Notes: generated by a model from the letters alone, not told the origin. DNA of 64,000 nt from Geosiphon pyriformis uo1 (GCA_016748015.1 JAAOMT010000201.1:256224-320223); one strand, 5' to 3'. Shown: positions 49,474 through 61,599, counted from the stretch's first letter. Translations and numbers: made by a program.

Positions 49474-52400
49474 TTAGATTTGTCTTATTCGCAATAAACT
49501 ATCAACATTTCCATTGTCTTTTCTCTTTTTGTAATGTATAGTATAATTGTATAGTGCGAGTGCCATTTTCTATCTTGACTGTCTTCCATCTCCAAATTCT
49601 TGTTTTTGGAGTGATGTCAATCCCTTGTGATCTGTGTATACTTCAAATTTCTGGCTTAAGTATTTTTTCCATTTCATAATGGCCCAGTATATTGCTAAGT
49701 GTTTTTGTTCTGGTGTTCCATAGTTCTTTTCGGCTGGTGTTAAATCTCTGCTGGCATATGCTACTGGATGTTTTCTGCTGTCCAGTTTTCTCTGAGATAA
49801 TACTGCTCTCAATGCTTGGCTGGATGCATTAGTGGTAATGATGAATAGTTTGCTGTAATCTGGATAGATCAGTACTGGAGCTTGGATGAGCTTTTTCCTC
49901 AGAATATCAAAAGCTTCTTGTTGACTTTCTGTCCATTCATATTTCGCATTTTTGTTTTGTAGTTGATTGAATGGCTGCGCTATCTTGGAAAAGTTCTTGA
50001 TAAAATGACAATAGTAGCTGGCAAATCCCAAGAATGATTTCAGTTCTGTTATATTGGTCGGTACTGAAAAGTTCTTTACTATCTCTATTTTCTCTGGATC
50101 CATTTTGATGCCATCTTTACTGACTATGTGTTCCAAAAATTTGAGTTCCGTCTTGCCAAAGAAGCACTTTGTCACATTTAACTTCAGTCCTGCTCTTCTT
50201 AGTCTTTCAAACACTTGTTGAAGATAATGAAGATAATCATCAAACGTCTTTGAGAATACATTGGTGTCATCCAAGTATACAACTACTGATTTCCACAATA
50301 AGCCCGTATAAACAATTTCTATTAACCATTGGAAAGTCGCTGGGGCATTGGTTAAACCAAATGGCATTACTTCAAATTCGAAATTCCCTTCTCTAGTAGT
50401 AAATGCCGTCTTTTTTTTGTCAGCTGGATACATGGCTACTTGCCAGTAACCACTGTTCAAATTTAATGTGAAGAACCATTTGTTCCCACCAAAAGCATCG
50501 AATAATTTCTGTATTCGTGAAGTTGGATAACTGTCTCCACAAGTTACACCATTGAGTTTCCTGTAGTCTATACAAAACCGGATTTTTCCATTTTTTTTAC
50601 GGACAAGTACCACTGGTAACAACCATAGACTTATTGATGATTGAATTAGCCCGTTGTCAAGCATTCTGTTTATCTCTTGACGAATAATCTCGTGGCTGGC
50701 TGGCAGTACTCTGTATGCTTTTTGTTTGATTGGCATTGCATCTTCAGTCTTGATCTGATGCTGGATAATGTCAGTTCGGCCAAACTCATTTTCACTGGCA
50801 AAGATGTTATTGAACTTGTTGAGTAATATCTTGAGCTGCATACATTGGAGTGGATCTAAGTTTCCCATGTTTATTTGTTCCAATTGTTCTGGTTGGAGCA
50901 AATAACATTTGTCTCGTCCATAGATTGTTTGTGATGTGATGTCAACATATTCACAAAGTTGTGGAAAGTCTGGAATAGGGTTTAGTGGTTGGTCTTCTAT
51001 TTCTGTGATTAAATATCCAATGGTCGTTCCTTCTGGTATGGTGATGACATTGCCAGTATTGTTGTAGATGGGAATTTTTATGCTGCTATAGCCTTTGGCT
51101 GGTATGTGGAGATTGATCAACCCAATCTCTCCTGATTCACAAAGGGTTGTTTCCGCTTCAAACATCTGTTCTTGCTTCTTTTCTTTCCTTTCTATTGCTA
51201 ACATGTACTGGCTATATGGTGGAATGGAAATAGCTTGACCAGTTGAGATAATTTCTCCTTGGCCAACAATTTTTTCCTCTGCCATGTTAACTGGTACATC
51301 TATTCTACCTGTGAATCCGAATCTCTGTATTTCTCTCGCCATGATTCTTAATTCCTTCCTCTTTTTCACTGATACTAACTGAGCTATTCTAACCAGAAGC
51401 AGGAATATTGCCTGTGCTATCTTTTCATTGGACTTTATTACATAGGCTTTTTCTGAGTCATTTTGTAGCATAGCGATGATATTTTTTACATATCCCACGT
51501 CAATTATTTCTCCTCTTATATTAATCCCTCTTTTCGCTAAACTACTTCTAGATGCTAATTGAATCATAGTTGTTGCCAGAATTTCTAGTACTACTTTCAG
51601 ATCAATGCAGGTGTGTAAATGTGGTTCCAATTTGATGGCATTTTTTCCTGGATATCTTAGATCAAACCCTGCATCAGTATCATGCACACATTCTGGCATA
51701 ATACCTTCCCCATTGTCACTATACCATTTCAACTCTTGTTCTTTGGAGAGATCTAATAGTGCAATGTATTGTTCATAGTTTACCTTGGAGTTTGTATCTG
51801 AGTTGGAATCATTGTCATTGTCATTGCCATTTTGAATGGAGTTTGAACCATTGTTGTCACCATCATTGTCAGAGTTTGAATTGTGATTGATTGGTGATCC
51901 TGATTCTGATGCGCAGCTGCTGATTGGTTCTTCCTCTTCCAGAATCGTATAAATCATGTGTGGTGGTGGATTGTAAATGAGGTCACACTCATCACAATAC
52001 TGGAAGTCACAGGGAATTAGGCAGTGTTGACATAGTCAAGCATTCAACTGCTCTAATTGTTGTTCTTGTTCTTCCCTTGTGGATGCTAATTCTTGGTAGT
52101 ATTCGTGGAATTGTTCCGGATCCAGGAGGTTTATGATGGGTTCTGCATCTCAGTCAAGCTTTAAAGGTTCTGGGGGGTTGTCTTTGATTGTTTTTATCTC
52201 TTTTAGTGTTGCTTCTTCAATTTTTGCAAGTGCCATTCGCCAAATTTCATTGTTGTCAAGTGGGCAACTGTCCAGTCGTTGTATGGCTCTTCTTCAGGCT
52301 GCTTTTATTGGGGTTTCTTTCTTTATCCAGTCACTTATTAGAATTGTGTATTGACACGATACATCACACATTCCTCTTCGTCCAGTAATGTCATGCCACA

Positions 52401-55400
52401 TTCCTTTGTCCAAGAGAGTCTCTCCACAAGCTAAGCATGGCTGATTGTCCCATTTCCCTACTCGTTTTGGTCTTCCAAAGCGTTCAAGGATGCATGAGCG
52501 GCAATAAAACCTAGTTGCTGTTGAATATTCCTCATCATCCCCACAGCATGCACCCATTAACAACAATTTCTTGCCACAATTGATGCATATAAGCTTAGGT
52601 CGACGATAGATAGATTGTTGTGGTATAGTGTAGGTGTTATAAGTGGTAGTGGTTTGAGTGGTCTCTTTTTCTTTTCCTTTCTCTTTATTTTCTTTGTCTT
52701 CTTCCCATTTCCAGCTTGAAGTCGGTTCGCTCTCATCGTTGTCGGTCCATGTCAGGTCATCAGTTTCCCAGGTAAGTTCTTCCTTTTGTTTCCCTTTTCT
52801 CTTGTTGTTGTCGTCCCAAGAGAGTATTGGTGGCAGCTTGTTGTGCTCTTCATCAGCCCACAATACTTGGTAGGCTTCCCAGATAGGCTTTTCTTTCTCC
52901 TCCTCCAGCTCGATCAATAGTTTCTCTTTTGAAGGAGTTTTGAAGTGGCCATATGTGGCCGGAACAATGTGTTGGGCCTGATACATTAGCTGGAGTTCTT
53001 GGGTGTTCCAGTTTAATGTTGCATTGACTTTGAATAGCCAGTCATTACCAACGAGAGCTTGGTATTGAGTGGCTTTCATTACTAGAACTTTAATGGAAGT
53101 TACTATGCCATTGACTTCAAAAGGGAAATTGTCAATTTCGCTGATGGGAGTTTTGGTCGTTCCATTGGCTGTGATGATTTTGGTGCTGGCAGCTCGATTA
53201 ACTCAGCGACCTAATTGTTCCATGAGTTGTCTAGTGATTATACTGCCAGCTGATCCACTATCTAGGATGAGTTTGATGGGGTGACCATCAACTCTGGTAT
53301 CTGTGTACATTGCTGTTATGGGTTTTTCTTCGAGAGTGGCTCCATTGAATAATGGTATTGGTGCATTTTCTTCAAGTTCAAAAGGAAAAATGACTGGTAG
53401 GAATTCGTCGCTAGAGATGGTTGCCAGTGGAATGGTGTTGGTAGGTACGTGCTGATTGAATTCTGTGTTGTTAGATGTGATGTTTTCTGGGGTAACTAGG
53501 AGACTTAAATAATGTTGAGAATTTGGGTTTTGGACGCGACTGGTATCCAAATTCTGGATGCGTGATCCTGATGGTGGGTTTAGCAAACTGGGGATTGGTT
53601 GGTGAACAACCATTGCCAATCTCCAGTTTTGAGTGACTCTGGATCAAGGATTGCCTGATGTCATTTGAGCTGGGTTTTGGGTTGGTGTTTGAATTGGTTG
53701 AGGTTGATAGATGATTTGTGGCTGCAGTTGATATATTACTTGTGGCTGTGGCTGATGAATCGGAGGTTGATATACTGACGGTTGATAGATTGGTTGCTGC
53801 GTCATGGGCAGGTAATTATTTCAATATTGATCTTGACTCTAATTTGAATAATGATTCGGAGTTTGGAACTGGCGATTGGGGTTTTAATATTGATTTCCCA
53901 ATTTTTGGTTATTTAGACACTGGCAACAGTCAATTTGGATATGACCTTGTTTACCACAATAGTGGCAGATACGTGTTTCCTGTTGTCACTGTTGATTAGT
54001 CGATGAAGATAGACATAGTTGATTTTGGCCACGATTAGAATTTCCTTGATTATTGCGTCATTGTGGAGACTGATAAATGGCATGATTGTCAGCTAAGTAT
54101 CCTTCCAATCTCTTATTAATTGATTCACTGAACTTCTCCAATTTAGAATCCAATTCAGATGATCCATTCATTACTAGGTTAATGGCTTGGGCATGGTTAG
54201 CCTCTGACTTGGCAGATTCAAAATCTTTGGCATGTGTAACTGCGTCTTGAAAGGTACCTGGATGCAATAGCCATACATGTTGCAATATGCTGCTGCACAA
54301 GCCACGGATAAACTGATTGAGTATCTGTGGTGCTGTGAAATAATTGGCATCAATTGCTTGAATTTGGCATAGGTTTTGATGGAAGCATCCCAGGTAAGTG
54401 GTAACTGCTTCAGTTTCTCCTTGTTTTATGGTGGTGAATGCATTAACTAGGCAATTGATGCTGTTATTGTTGCTGAAGTATCTTAGAAATTCAGCTTTGA
54501 AGACATTGAAATCTTGTGGTTTATTAACCAAGCTCTAATACCATGAATTGGTGGTATCCTTGAGAAAGTAGGGAATGGCTTGCATTGCTCGAGCGTCATT
54601 CCATCCATTGACTGTGATGGCTTTTTCTACATCGTTCAGCCATATTTGAGTGTCATCCTCTTTGCCAGTAAAGTTGTTGAGTTTTGCAATTGGTGCATAG
54701 GCCATTGGATCTAAGTTAGGTGGTTGTAGTGGCTGTTGAAGCAGTTGTTGTTGTCCTGGCTGTTGGGGTGGTAGTTGAAGTAACTGTTGTATAAGTTCGG
54801 CTACAGGATTAATTGGCAGTTGATCGATGACGATTACTGAAGGTAAGTTTTGCTGATTAATTAATTTAGGGTTTTGATTTTTTTGATTTGGCGGCGTTTG
54901 AATATTCGGAGTTTCGATTTCCGAATTTTTTAACTGTTGCTGAGTTTGAATGTTTGGGGTTTCAACTTCTGGATTTTTAGTGATTGGGTGCTGATAAGTG
55001 AATTCTTGATCCTCTGATTCTTCTTTCTTCTTTTCTGATTCCACTGCTTCTCATGGATCAGAGATTCTGAAATTTGGTGGAGGCGGTGGTGATCGAAGTC
55101 CTGATGGGGTTGATGATCGCGAATTAAATCCCTCAAAGTATTTCTCATATGGTCCTAACAATTCTGTTTTCCTTTGTCTACTTTGGAATGGGAATCGTCC
55201 AAATGCTGATGTCGCAGTTAATGAGAACACGTCTGTTGATGATATGTTGATGGTGCTTTCAGGTGTATAGTGGTAGGATGGGTTGCTTGGGGATTCAACT
55301 CTGTTTTTCTTCCAAGCAGGTGGCTGTATTTTTCTGGGTGTTACTGCTGGTGTTTGTAATTTTTCCTTGTTTTTACTAGTGTATATAATTGGATATCTTT

Positions 55401-55689
55401 GTTGAGTGTGATGTTCAATTTCTTTGTTGATCTCAGTAATGATGAATGCGAAATTATGATTTGTTGGTAGGTTGGTGTTTTGGATTAATTCCTTATAGAA
55501 AGTTTCTCTTGCTGATTCAGTATTCATTGGTGTTCCTAATAAAGAGAAAATTTTTTAGTTGATGTAGAAATTGAAGACTGATTTGGCAGATATATGATTG
55601 TGGTTTAATCCCAAGTATTGACAATAGTGTTGAAATAAGGATTTTGTGAATCCTAAATGGTTTGCTCCTATAGTTTCTGATTCTGCCAC
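49474..55689 (-). pseudogene. gag-CCHC-PR-Cys-rich-dUTPase-RT-RNase H polyprotein region (degenerate)
   Basis: CHYCGKQGHIQIDC knuckle, LILDSGS protease, dUTPase DAGFDL/SRSSLA/IIDVGY/KIAQ/FGFTG, RT VYLDD, RNase H; 795-aa open segment 49570-51957. Confidence 0.92.
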
Positions 55690-57584
55690 TTTTGGTTTGG
55701 TGTTGTCGGTGCTGGTTCTCTGTAAGATTATACCTTACAGGGAGCACCAAATGTTACAGGTGATTATTTCTGCTGTCAAACCAAATAACAAATCTGTAAC
55801 TTGGTGCTCAAAGCTAATTGCAGTTGCTATTGATCTGAAGATTTAGTATCTGAAAATTTTAGTTGAGTTCTTTGTATAATGGACAGAGATTCAAATGGTG
55901 TTAATAGTAGATATATCCTTCCAAAAGTTTTCCCAATTTCTTTCTCAGCATGGTGACCAGATTTAGTCTGGCAGTTGTGCCCTTCTGGTAAGCTATTCGA
56001 TAATATATATATAAAATCCTACCCTTATTTCTGGGTCTTTTACCAGGCTATCCTTGACTTTAATAACTCAGTGCTTAATTTTTTAATCAATTAGTATACA
56101 ACAACAAAATCAAAAATGGAAGAAAATGAAATAAATAAAAAATAAAAATAAGGAAAGTAAAAAAAATAAGCCAAGGCAATTTGGTCCATTAGTATCTCGT
56201 CAATAGCCATAATCAAGAGCTATTGTTCCAGTGTGGTTAAGTATTAATTACTATCAACACTTCATGTTGATAGTAGAGAGTGAATTGAGATATAGAATAA
56301 TTATTTATTTGATGATTAGTTTTTTGGCTAAGGATTCTGTGGTATTAATTCTGTCTTTTCTGTTTCTAATACTACTGCTATATATACATAATTGAGATTC
56401 CTCAATTTCTCGATTCTTTACAACAGGAATCCTGGAATTCCTGGAATCTTGCGATTCCTTTGAGAGGAATCCTGGAATTCTAGAATTCTGCAATTCCTCA
56501 TTGAGAATCCTGAAATTTCTGGAATCCTGCAATTCCTAAGAAGAATCCTGGAATTCCACATTTACTATGCTTACTTCTGATTGGCTAATAATTATGCTAA
56601 TATAATTCTTATATTTCTATGAGTAACAACGAATTCTAAATGGTTTGCTCCTATACTTTCTGATTCTGCCACTGTTGATTAGTTTGTTGGTGCTGGTTCT
56701 CTGTAGGATTAGATCTCACAGAGAGCACCAAATATTACAGATGATTATTTGTGGTCTCAAATCAAATAACAAATCCATAACTTGGTGCTTAATATCTTAA
56801 CAATGCTGGTGATGCTAGTATGTTGGTTATATCTGAAGGTTTTAGAGTTGAGTCCTTTGTATAATAAACAGAGATTTAATTGATGGTTTTATCCATAGCT
56901 TCCCGAAACTGCAGTTTCATCAAATTTTTTTCTCAGCGTGGTGGCTGGTAATCCTTCTGGTAAGCTATTCTCAAATCTATAGTGTTCTACCTTTGTTTTG
57001 CAGGTCTTTTACCAGTTCCTATGACGTCTGTATCTCAGCGCTTAATTTTTAACCAATTTTTAGTAAAACCAAAGAAATAACAAAACAAAAGAAATAAAAG
57101 AAAAATAAAGAAATAAATGAAAACAATTGCAAGTTAGTATCCCATCAATAGCCGTGATCAAGAGCTATTGTTCCAGTGTGATTAAGTATCAATTACTATC
57201 ACCATAAAGTGTTAATAGTAGAGAGTAAATTGAAATGGTGAATAATTATTTATTAATATTGTGGATGGAATGTTTTTAACTAAAGAATTCTTCTTTTTCT
57301 ACTTCTAACATTATCACTATATATACATAATTGATGTTCTATGAGATTGCTCACATTCTCGAGCAATGTGCTATGATTTCTTGAGCAATGTGCCCTAATT
57401 TTCTAACATTGCTCCACATTACTGAGCAATGTGTCATGTTTTCTAATATTGCTCCACATTGTTAAGCAATGTGCTGTGATTTCTGTTATTGTTCTATATT
57501 GCTAAGCAATGTGCTTACATGCTAAATGCTATTTGCTTATTGGTCTACTATTTTCTTATATCTCTTTTCTTTTTATGAGTAATA

Positions 57585-58091
57585 CTGTCTTTCTAACTTC
57601 TATAACTACTTATTTTTATATATTTTTTTGTTCTATAGAATTGCTTTTTAATTGTTTTGTTCTTACTAGCTATTGTTTTGCTATTTCTGTTATTGCTTTG
57701 TTCTTTTATGTTATTACTAATTATTTTATGTTTCAACTAGTTATTTCATACTATAATATATTATTGAGTTTTATATTATGTTATCCTAAGTTATTATATA
57801 TTATTCTGTGTTTTTTTACATTATCCTATGTTATTTTATGTCATTATGTTTTTGGTTACATTTTTTTCATAACTTTGGATTGGGTTTTCTACTTGGGTAA
57901 TACTGACCACCATGCTGAAAAAAGAAATTTATAGAAAAAACTATCAATTAAATCTCTGTTTATTATACAAAGAATTCAACCAAAACCTTCAAACTCCAAA
58001 AACTTTCAAATATTACCAACATTATTAACTATTGAACACCAAGTTATGGGTTTGTTATTTGTTCCAACATCTCAAATAATCACTTGTAACA
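57585..58091. repeat. Remaining halves of two split LTRs: family-B-like U3 (57585-57902, minus) and family A U5 (57903-58091, plus)
   Basis: 57585-57902 matches the reverse complement of 32890-33245; 57903-58091 ends CACTTGTAACA like 6984. Confidence 0.75.
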
Positions 58092-60930
58092 GTATTGTTA
58101 CATCTATTTTTCTATAACATAAAAACTTTTGGCCAAGTGCAAGCTAAGAGTAAATTGTCTGCAATTATAAATTTTGCAAACACTTTTGGCATTCTAAGAA
58201 AACTTTTCATCTACTGGTGTCTGAATTTACAAGTTTCCAATTAGTTGCTATTATATTTTTTGTGTTGTTCTATAAGATTGTACATCAATTTTAAGAATAA
58301 TTTTTTAGCTAATATTATGAAAATTTTTTCTTTTTGTGGTTTGTTTTTCTTTACTGCTCTGCCAAATGCTTTTTACTTCACTGGCAACATGTTAGTGTTT
58401 GAAATTCTTGGCAATATGGGTTTCTTTGATGTGACTTGTTTGTTAAAATATTATGATATAGCTTTTGTAAAGCAGTTATTAGACAAAAATAAAAGTTGTT
58501 TTAATTAGAAAAGTTTTAAATGTTGGAAGTGTTTAGATCTGTAAAAATCTGTATCTGGTTGGTTTAGCTCAGCCATCAGATTTTTGGAAAACAGATTGGC
58601 AACAGTTAGCAACATGTCTCATTATTCTGGTAATTGTTTCTTTAATTCTAATATAACAGACTAAATTTGTTATACAAGGAATGTATTATTAAAGTTTGGT
58701 TTAAGTTCAATTATTGTATACATAAATAGTCCTGTGAAAAATCTTGGTTCTATTTCAGTTGTTGGAGAAACTATTGTCTTTTTTTCTAATATTGTCTTTA
58801 GTGTGAGAGTTAGAGTTTATAATATTATGTCATCAACTTTGGCTAAACTCAAAACTATTTTTTTTGTACTTGTTTGTGCTTTTTTGGAAAGTAATATGGT
58901 TGTTAATTTGAACAGTCAAGCTGCTATTTATATGTACATTGTTACTAATAGAATTTTAGCTATTAATTAGCATGAAATTACTCTCATAATTCTTATTATT
59001 AATTATATATTATTATTATTTCGATTATCACTTATTATTTAATCAAATTATTAATTATCATCATTCAACCAATAATCCAATTTGTACCATAGAAATTAAG
59101 ATGATCAAATTACACAATACTCTGAACCATTTAACATAGTCAGAATTTGTCAAAATTAATGGAAATTGGCCGAAATAATCAATAGTTCAGTGAAATAACT
59201 TGTAGTTTGCCAAAATGTATCTTTAGTTCACCCAAATTGTAGAAAAGAGAAAAGTGCAAGTTCAAAGACTAGTACTACAACAAGTTGTATAAAAGAAGAG
59301 CTTCTCTTTTCAAGAAAATATATTTTCTTATAGTATCTTATCATAGTACTTTACTTTAGATATCTTAATTAGAACAAATCACCTTTTACATATTCAAATA
59401 AAAATTAAATATTTGAAAACCAAATTCTTTGATTATTGTACTTGAAATTTTCTTAACACAACTAACGTTTTGAAATTGATTAGCTACCAATTTCAGTTAT
59501 CTGTTAGTAACTCCAGGTCTGGATAAAAAACGTTTCCCTTGATCAAATTTTATTTCTTTTATTTTTCTTTCTTTTCTTATTATAATTATTAGGGTAGTCT
59601 ATAGATGAGATTCCTGTAGAAGAGTTGACTTTTACAGCAAAGTAACTACACATTTTTTAGTGAGCTTCCAGATAAGCAATTCTTGAGAAAGAGTTGACAT
59701 TTACTACAACATAACTACATAAAGCAACTGGCAAGGAATTGGTTATTCTACTTATAAGCCCAGCAGTTCAAATTATAGGAGATAATTTGAAGATAAATTC
59801 AGTTACTGAAGATCCAATTACTTCTTAAGAACATGAATTCACAGCAAATCAACATTAACAACATTTAAGAAAAGAGATCAAAAACCTCCAGTAATAACAT
59901 AAAAGAATCTAAATTGGTTTTACCAGATTTTAGAAAGTGTTTGTGAATAGAATAATATTAAATTGTGAATATTATTAAAAAAAAGTTGCTTATAATGTTT
60001 TGGATTAAGATCAAAGAACATGTTAGCATTACAGAGAACAAATATACTGATTTACTTGTCTCTAAAACTTGTTTTTCTGATTTAATCTTCCCAATAATAG
60101 TTATCAAACTTTTTATATAGTTGGATAATATAGTGTTATTTTACAATATTTACTATTATGTTAAGAATTTTTATAAGACTTTGTGTCAGACTAGGTGAGA
60201 AAATAGATTAAAATCTAAGGTGGTTAATATTTGTAAGGTTTAAAAAATTGATTAAAAAAAGACTTTTGAGATTTGACATTTCAATAGAAACATGGCTTTT
60301 GGTTCTATGAGCCAATTTTTTACTGCTTTACAAACTTATTTCATAAAGACTTTACATAAGTGTCTGCTGGTTGCTGTTTGAAAATGTATATTGTTTTTTA
60401 TTCGAATATAAAATATGTATTTTGTAACAGAATTGACTTATCTGATCATGCTTTTGGATGTATATATAATTATAATACTTATAACACAATTTTGATGGAG
60501 TTTGAAGAATGATAAATATTAATGTCTAATGTGGTTAGATTATTTTCTGTAGTCATTCAGAATCTGTGTTTTTGTGTAAAAAATGTTAATTTGTATTCTA
60601 CTCTGATAAAAGATTTTATGCCAATAAGTTGGTACTGTTTTTGGTAATTTAGAGCAAATTAATATGCAGATTGTTAATTTTGTTAGAAGTTTGGCATTGA
60701 CTTACAACTCTAAAGTGTAGTGTTACCAGTCTGGACATAAGACCAACATGAAAAAAATTGGTCTTGTATCTATCAATGATAGTGTTTTATTTGTTAATGT
60801 CAATAATATAAACAAATTAAGTGATAAAGTAATTATACTGTTTAGTATTTTGACCTGTGTTCTAAATGCTTGTTTTTTTTGGATTTAGTTAATAATATGA
60901 TAATAATTGCTAATTTGTAATATAGTCTTA
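58092..60930 (+). mobile_element. Heavily decayed LINE ORF2 3' half (RNase H and C-terminal CCHC), split by solo LTR C
   Basis: RNase H-like SSTLA(E/K)L, (D/N)SQAA, W.KIKEH..N; C-x2-C..SDH.F.C-like remnant near 60410-60460; right boundary approximate. Confidence 0.6.
58940..59896 (+). repeat. Solo LTR family C (957 bp) with ACAT TSD
   Basis: TGTTAC start, GTAA(T/C)A end, ACAT at 58936-39 and 59897-900. Confidence 0.9.
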
Positions 60931-61039
60931 TCTGACCTAAATGGCTAGTTATATGTAATAAGTATGTAAATTACATTTAATTTACAATATATATATGTTG
61001 TATATTCTTAGATAGCAATTGAGTTACATTTGTTAAACT

Positions 61040-61500
61040 AAATAAAAAAAATATTTATTTATTTATTAAATAAAATTAAATAATTTAATATATATAATAT
61101 TAAATTTAATATTTTAAAGTAAAAAATTACAATTTTTTTTAATTTGTTAATTTTTTTAAGTTATTAATGAATACATAAATATTAAAAAACAATAAATTTT
61201 TGTTATAAAATTTTAAATATATTAATTAAAACATAAAATTATAATAATTCTATTATTTTTAAATTTTTAAATTTAATAAAACTAATTTTATATAATAAAT
61301 TCATGCATATTTAATTTTTAATTAATAAAGAAATTTAATTAAAAATAATAAAGTGTTTTTTATATAATTAAATATAAGTAATTTCTTAAATATTATTTTC
61401 TAAATATATATTTTTTATAAATATAAAATTATTATTGGTTTATAATAAAACTAATAAATAAGTACATATTTTTTAATTTATTTATATTTAATATTTTTTT
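61040..61500. repeat. Extremely AT-rich low-complexity tract
   Basis: Almost devoid of G/C over ~460 bp. Confidence 0.8.
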
Positions 61501-61599
61501 AAACTTCTTTCTCTTTTTTATCCAAAATTCCCAAAAAAGAGTCAAAAGTTTTTTCTAAAAGAAGTTTTTTCCACAATTCAGTATGATAAATCTAAATCT

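Larger units (their letters stand above)
46452..56628 (-). mobile_element. Best-preserved full-length Gypsy family A element (10,177 bp), LTRs 46452-47328 and 55752-56628 (877 bp each)
   Basis: Paired LTRs, TSD GCGA/ACGA, PBS at 55734-55749, PPT after 47328; inserted in the gag start of the previous element. Confidence 0.97.
21427..57584 (-). mobile_element. Outer Gypsy family A element with nested insertions: 3' LTR 21427-22223, internal 22224-23772 + 33920-37359, chimeric 5' LTR 56733-57584
   Basis: CTGT TSD (21423-26, 57585-88); PPT after 22223; decayed ORF3, integrase, RNase H, RT and dUTPase in order. Confidence 0.75.

Noticed and set aside
55720-55730. Splice acceptor (TTACAG/CTACAG/CCACAG) just after the PBS
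   Set aside because: The same bases are explained by covarying pairing with the PBS hairpin and no matching donor was identified; not excluded without RNA data.
55734-55749. Assigning the PBS to a specific tRNA
   Set aside because: TGGTGCTC fits several tRNA 3' ends; cannot be resolved without the host tRNA set.
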